64,000 bases of DNA. It comes from the human T2T-CHM13v2.0 reference genome, Homo sapiens. The translations under genes and the position numbers were made by a program. Location of the stretch: NCBI RefSeq assembly GCF_009914755.1, contig NC_060947.1. One strand, written 5' to 3'. The notes beneath the pieces are model-generated. The model was not told the DNA's origin and searched no databases. It worked only from the letters and a program-made list of their open reading frames with translations. Shown here piece after piece: positions 57,301 through 64,000 of the stretch (positions are counted from its first letter, which is position 1; each line of letters starts with the position of its first letter).

Positions 57301-59523
57301 ATCTGGTATTTTTTGACTTTTTAATAATAGCTATTACGACTGGTGTGTGATAGTATCGGATTTTGGTTTTAATTTGCATTTATTTAATGATTAGTGATGT
57401 TGAAGCATTTTTTTCATATGCTTGTTGGCCACGTTTATGTCTTCTTTTGAGAAGTGTCTATTCATGTCTTTGCCCATTTTTTAATGGCAGTGTTTTTTGC
57501 TTGTTGATTTGTTTATGTTCCTTAGAGATTCTGGATATTAAACCTTTGCCAGATGCATACTTTTTAAATATTTTCTCCCATTCTGTAGGTTGCCTGATTA
57601 CTGTGTTGATAGATGGTTTTGATGTGCAGAAGGTCTTTAGTTTAATTAGGTCTAATTTGTTCCTTTTTATTCTATTGCAGTTGCTTTTGGCATCATCATC
57701 ATGAAATCTTTCCCAAGGCCTATGTCCAGAATGGCATTTTCTAGGTTATCTTCTAGGGATTTTTATAGTTTTAAGTTTTACATGTAAGTCTTTAATCCAT
57801 TTTTAGTTGATTTTTGTATATGGCATAAGCAAAGAGTCCGGTTAAAATCTTCTGCATATAACTAACCAGTTATCCCAGCACCATTTATTAAATAGAAAGT
57901 CCTTTCTGTATTGCTTGTTTTTGTAGATTTTGTTGAAGAGCGGCTTCTTGTGGGTGTCCAGCATTATTTTTTGGCACTCTATTCTCTTCCATTGGATAGG
58001 AAGAATCAGTATGTTAAAATGGCCATATTGCAAAAACCTATTTGCATATTCAATGCTATCAGTCTACCAATAATATTCTTCACACAATTAGAAAAAATGA
58101 CTATATTAAAATAAATATGGAACCCAAAAAGAGGCCAAATCTCCAAGGCAAAAAGAGCAAAACTGATATGCAGAAAATTGAAAGTGAATCCATTTCTTAC
58201 ACTTTATACAAAAACTAACTCAAGCTGAAAAAAAAACTTAAGTGCAAAACCCAAAACTATAAAAACCCTAGAAGAAAATCTAGGCATTACCATTCAGGAC
58301 ATAGGCATGGGCAAAGATTTCATGACAAAAACATCAAAAGCAATTACAACAAAAGCAAAAATTGACAAACAGAATCTAATTAAACTAAAGAGCTTCTGCA
58401 CAGTAAAAGAAACTGTCATCAGAGTGAACACAGAGCCAACAGAATGGGAGAAAATTTTTGCAACCTATCCATCTGACAAATGTCTAATATCCAGAGCCTA
58501 CAAGGAACTTAAACAAATTTGCAAGAAAAAAAAAAAAACCCTAAAAAGTGAGCAAAGAACATGAACAGGAACTTATCAAAAGAAGACATTTATGTTGCCA
58601 ACAAACATATGATCATTAGAGAAATGCAAATTAAAACCACAATGAGATACCATCTCATGCCAGTCAGAATGGCGATTATTAAAAAGTCAAGAAACAACAG
58701 ATATTGGTGAGGCTGCAGAGAGATAGGAATGCTTTTACACTGCTATTGGGAATGTAAATTAGTTCAACCATTGTGGAAGACAGTGTGGTGATTCCTCAAA
58801 GACCTAGAACCAGAAATTCCATTTGACCCAGCAATTCCATTAAAGGGTATATACCCAAAGGAATATAAATAATTCTATTATAAAGATACATGCACATGTA
58901 TGTTCTTTGCAGCACTGTTCACAATAGCAAAGACATGGAATCAACCCAAATGGCCATCAATGACAGACTGGATAAAGAAAATGTGGTACAAATCCACCAT
59001 GGAATACTACACAGCCATAAAAAGGAATGAGATCCTGTCCTTTGCAGGGACATAGATGGAGCTGGAAGCTATTATCCTTAGCAAACTAACACAGGAGCAG
59101 AAAACCAAACACCACATGTTGTCGCTCATAAGTGGGAGCTGAACAATGAGAACACATGGACACAAGGAGGAGAACAACACATGCGGGCCTGTTGGAGGGG
59201 TGTGGCAGGGGAGGAAGAGCATCAGGAAAAATAGCTAATGTATGCTGGGCTTAATACTTAGGTGATGGGTTGATAGGTGCAGCAGACTACCATGGCACAG
59301 GTTTATCTATGTAACAAGCCTGCACATGTACCTTGGAACATAAAATAAAGAATAAATACTCAGAAAAAAATTCAAAGCTGAAGGTATCACATTACCTGAC
59401 TTCAAACTATACCACAAGACTACAGTAACCAAAACATCATCGTGTTGATATTCTTTGTAGTAGCCATTTTAGCTTGGGTAAGATGATACCTGCATGTGGT
59501 TTTGATATTCATTTCCCTTATGA

Positions 59524-59830
<307 letters not shown>

Positions 59831-59906
59831 GAGCATTTTTAAATATATAATTGTTGGCCATCTGTATGTCTTCTTTGCCAATTGCTTTTTCATGTCTTCT
59901 GCCCAC

Positions 59907-60263
<357 letters not shown>

Positions 60264-62689
60264 TGAGTTGTTTGAGTTCCTTGTATATTCCAGATATTAG
60301 TGTCTTAATAGTTTGATGAATAGTTTGCAAATATTTCTTCCATTCTGTCTTAATAGTTTGGATGAATAGTTTGCAAATATTTTCTTCCATTCTGTAGGTT
60401 GTTTCTTCACTCTCTGCATTGTTTTCTTTGCTGTGCTGAAGTGTTTTACTTTAGTATAATACTATTTGTCTATTAAGGTCTTAGCCAGCAAATCTTTGCC
60501 TAGACCAATGTCCTGAAGTATTTTATGTATGTTTCCTTCTGGTAATTTAATAGTTTTGGTTCTTAAGTTTAATAATTTATCTTGAGTTGATTTTTGTTTA
60601 TAATGTCAGAGAGTTCCAGTTTCATTCTTCTGCATATGGATATCTAATTTTCCCAGCATCATTTATTGAGGAGCGTATTCTTTCCCCAGTGGGAAAGGAA
60701 ATCTTTGGCACCTTTGTCTAAAATCAGCTGGCTGTAAGTTGGTGGATTTGTTTCTGGGTTCTGTATTCACTTTCATTGTTCTATGTGTCTATTTTTATAC
60801 CAATACCGTGATGTTTTGGTTACTATAGGCTTGTAATCTATTTTTACATCAGGTAGTGTGATGCCTCCAGCTTATGTTCTTTTTGCTGAAGATTGCTTTG
60901 CCTACACAGACATTTTTTTTAGTTTCTTATGAATTTTAGGGCTTAAAAATTGTTTAAATGATGACATTTTTAATAGGAATTGTATTAAATCTGTATGTTG
61001 CTTTGGGCAGTATAATTATTGTAATGAAATTAATTTTTCCGATCTATGAGCGAGATGAGTCTTTACATTTATTTTTGTCCTTGTCAATTTCTTTCATCAG
61101 CATTTTTCAGTTTTGCTTTTAGAGAGCTTTCTCCTTCTTAGTTAAATTTATTCCTAGGTGTTTTATTCTGTGTGTCACTATTATAAAGGGAACTGTCATC
61201 TTGATTTCTTTTTTGGCTATTTATTATTACATTATAGAAACACTTGTGATTTTTGTATGTTGATTTTGTATTCTACAACTCTACTGAATTTGCTTATCAG
61301 CTCAGAGATTTTTGGTGCAGTCTTTTGATTTTTCCAAATATATAAGATCATGTCATCTACAAAGATGAACAATTTGCATTCCTCATTTACAATTTGGGTC
61401 TCTTTTATTTTTCTTGCTTGTTTGCACTGGATGGGACCTCTACTACCATGCCAAATAGGAGCAGTTAAAGTTGGCATCCTTCTGTAGCTCCAGTTCTTAA
61501 AGAAAAGACTTTCACATTTTTCCTATTCAGTGTGTTGTTGACTGTGTGTTTGTCACATATGGACAAATGAATTGAAGATATAATCCTTTTATGCTTAGTG
61601 TGTTGAGAGTTTTTGTCAACAAGGGATATTGAATTTTCCCAAAGGCTTTTTCTGTGTCGATTGAAATGATCATATAGTTTTTGTCCTTCATTCTCTTGAT
61701 ATTATGTATTATGTTCCTTGATGTGTAGATGTTAAACCATCTTTACATCCCTGATATAAATACTACTTGATCATAGTGTATTATGTTTTTGAAGTGCTGT
61801 TTAATTCAGTTTGCTAGAATTTTGTTGAGGATTTTTGCATCGGTGTTCATCATGGATATTGCCCTGTAGTTTTCTACTTTGTGTGTGTCCGTATCTGGTT
61901 TTAGTATCGGGGTAATGCTGGCCTCATAAAATGAGATAGGGAGAGTTTCTCCCTCTTTCATTTTTTGGAATAATTTTAGGAAGATTCATATTAATTTTCA
62001 TGCATTTGATAGAAATCAGCAGTGGAGCCACCCACTCCTGGGCTTTTTTTTTTTTTTTTTAATGGAAGGCTTTTTATTACTGCTTCAATCTCATTACTAA
62101 TTGTTGGTCTATTAAGGTTTTCTATTTCTTCCGTATTCAATTCTGATAGGTTGTATGTTTTTAGGAATTTATCTGTTTCCTCTGGGTTTTCCAGTTTGTT
62201 AATATATAGTTGTCCCTAATAGTCTCTGGTAATCTTTTTTGTGGTATTAGTGGTAAAATGTCTCATTTTTCAGTTCAGATTTTGGTTATTTAGATCTTTT
62301 CTTGTCTTTGTTAGTCTAGTTAGTGATTTATTTTCTTTATTTTTTGAAAAATTAACTTTCCCTTTCATTCATTCTTTTTTTGTTTTTAGTCTCTATTTTG
62401 TCCAGTCCTGTTCTGATATTTATTATTTCTTTTCTTCTCGTAAATTGGGATTTGGTTTGTTCTTGCTTTTCTAGTTCCTGGAGATGTATTATTAGATTAT
62501 TTATTTCAAATCTTTTTACTTTCTGATGTAGGTTTTTATTATTATAAACTTTGCTCTAAGTACTTTTTTTCCTGTAATCCACAGGTTTTAGTATGTTGTT
62601 TTTCCATTTTCATTTGTTTCAAGAACTATTTTTATTTTTGTCTTAATTTTTTCTTTGACCTATTGGTCATTCAGGAGCATGCTGTTTAA

Positions 62690-62892
62690 TTTGTATGTAT
62701 TTGTATTTAATTTGTATTGTATGTATTTGTATGTAAATTGTATACAAATTTGTATGTAAATTGTACACAAATTTGTAATTGTATTTGTACACAAATTTGT
62801 AATTGTATACAATTTGTACACAATTGTATACAAATTATACACAAATTTGTAATTGTATACAAATTTGTATGTAAATTGTATACAAATTTGTA
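62690..62892. repeat. AT-rich tandem repeat built from palindromic units
   Basis: Recurrent TTGTATACAA, ACAAATTTGT and TTGTACACAA units. Confidence 0.9.
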
Positions 62893-64000
62893 AAACATTC
62901 CTCTGCTTTTTTGTTTCTACTTTTATTTCTTCGTTATCTGAGAAGGTACTGAATTGGAAACATTTTTGAGTCTTTATTTGTGGCCTAACATAGAGTTTAT
63001 CCTGGAGAATGTTGCATGGGCTGTAGAAGAAAGTGTATTCTATAGTCATTGGGTTTAATGTTCTGTAAGTGCTTTGTAGGTCCGTTTGGTCTAAAGCCTA
63101 GTTCAAATCTCATTTTTCTTGTTGATTTTCTGTGTAGATTATCTGTCTCCTGCCAAGATTGTGGTGTTGAAGTCCCCCACAATTATTGCATTGAAATCTA
63201 TCTCTCGCTAAAGATGTAATATTTGAATTATGAATCTGGGTGCCCTATTATTGGGTAATGTATCCTGTTGCAGGATTAATACTTTTTGTGGGTAGATGCT
63301 ATGTATGTATATATAGTATTGGGGTATCTGGGATATTTTCATACAGGCAATACTGCATAATAATCACATCCTAGTAAAAGGGGCATCCATCACTTCAATT
63401 ATTTATCCCTTCTTTCTGTTACAAACAATCCAATAATACTCTTTTAGTTACTTTAAATTGTACAATAAATGATTGGCAACTGTAGTTACTCTGTTGTGCA
63501 ATCAAATACTAGTTCTTATTCATTCTGTCAAACTATATTTTTTTAATACATGAACAATCTCTACTTCCCTCTACTCACATTACCCTGCCCAAACTCATAA
63601 CCATCATTTTACCTGTATCTCCATGGGTTCAATTGTTTTAATTTTAACTCCTATAAATGAGTGAAAACATGTTTTGTTTGCCTTTTTGAGCCTGGCTTAT
63701 TTCATGTAACATAATGTCCTCCAGTTGCATACATGTTGTTGCAAATGACAGGTTCTCAATCGTTTTTTATGGCTGAATAGTACTCCATTGTGTATATGTA
63801 CACATATGTTCTTTATTCATTAATCTGTTGATGGTCTCAGGTTGCTTTCAAATCCTGCCTATAGTGAATAGTGCTACAATAACTAGTGCTGCAATAAATG
63901 TGGGAGTGCAGATATGTCTTTATATACTGATTTCCTTTCTTTTGAATATATACCTAGCAGTGGGATTGCTGGATCATATGGTGGTTCTGTTTTAAGTTTT

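Noticed and set aside
60301-60393. 45-bp tandem repeat that could suggest a repeat-spacer array
   Set aside because: A simple two-copy duplication inside L1 in eukaryotic DNA; no CRISPR features.

Overview
Primate (human-like) genomic DNA with Alu, L1, THE1, MER5, MIR and L2 repeats. I found no intact protein-coding gene, and almost all ORFs in the supplied track are Alu/L1 read-through or chance ORFs. The right half (~32-64 kb) is a dense stack of nested L1 and Alu elements. The left half hides a minus-strand, intron-containing, disabled gene of about 21-22 exons (~870 codons) running from a CpG-island ATG at 30680 down to about 1000 or the window edge. Most of its exons have AG acceptors and GT donors, most junctions are phase-compatible, and the frame carries many stops and frameshifts. 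By manual motif comparison, the reconstructed protein looks like a very divergent MCM-family protein: MCM N-terminal helical and OB domains without the zinc finger, two E2F/DP-like winged-helix repeats, then a degenerate MCM-type AAA+ module. I do not recognise it as a named gene. The family assignments are by eye and need HMM or structure searches.
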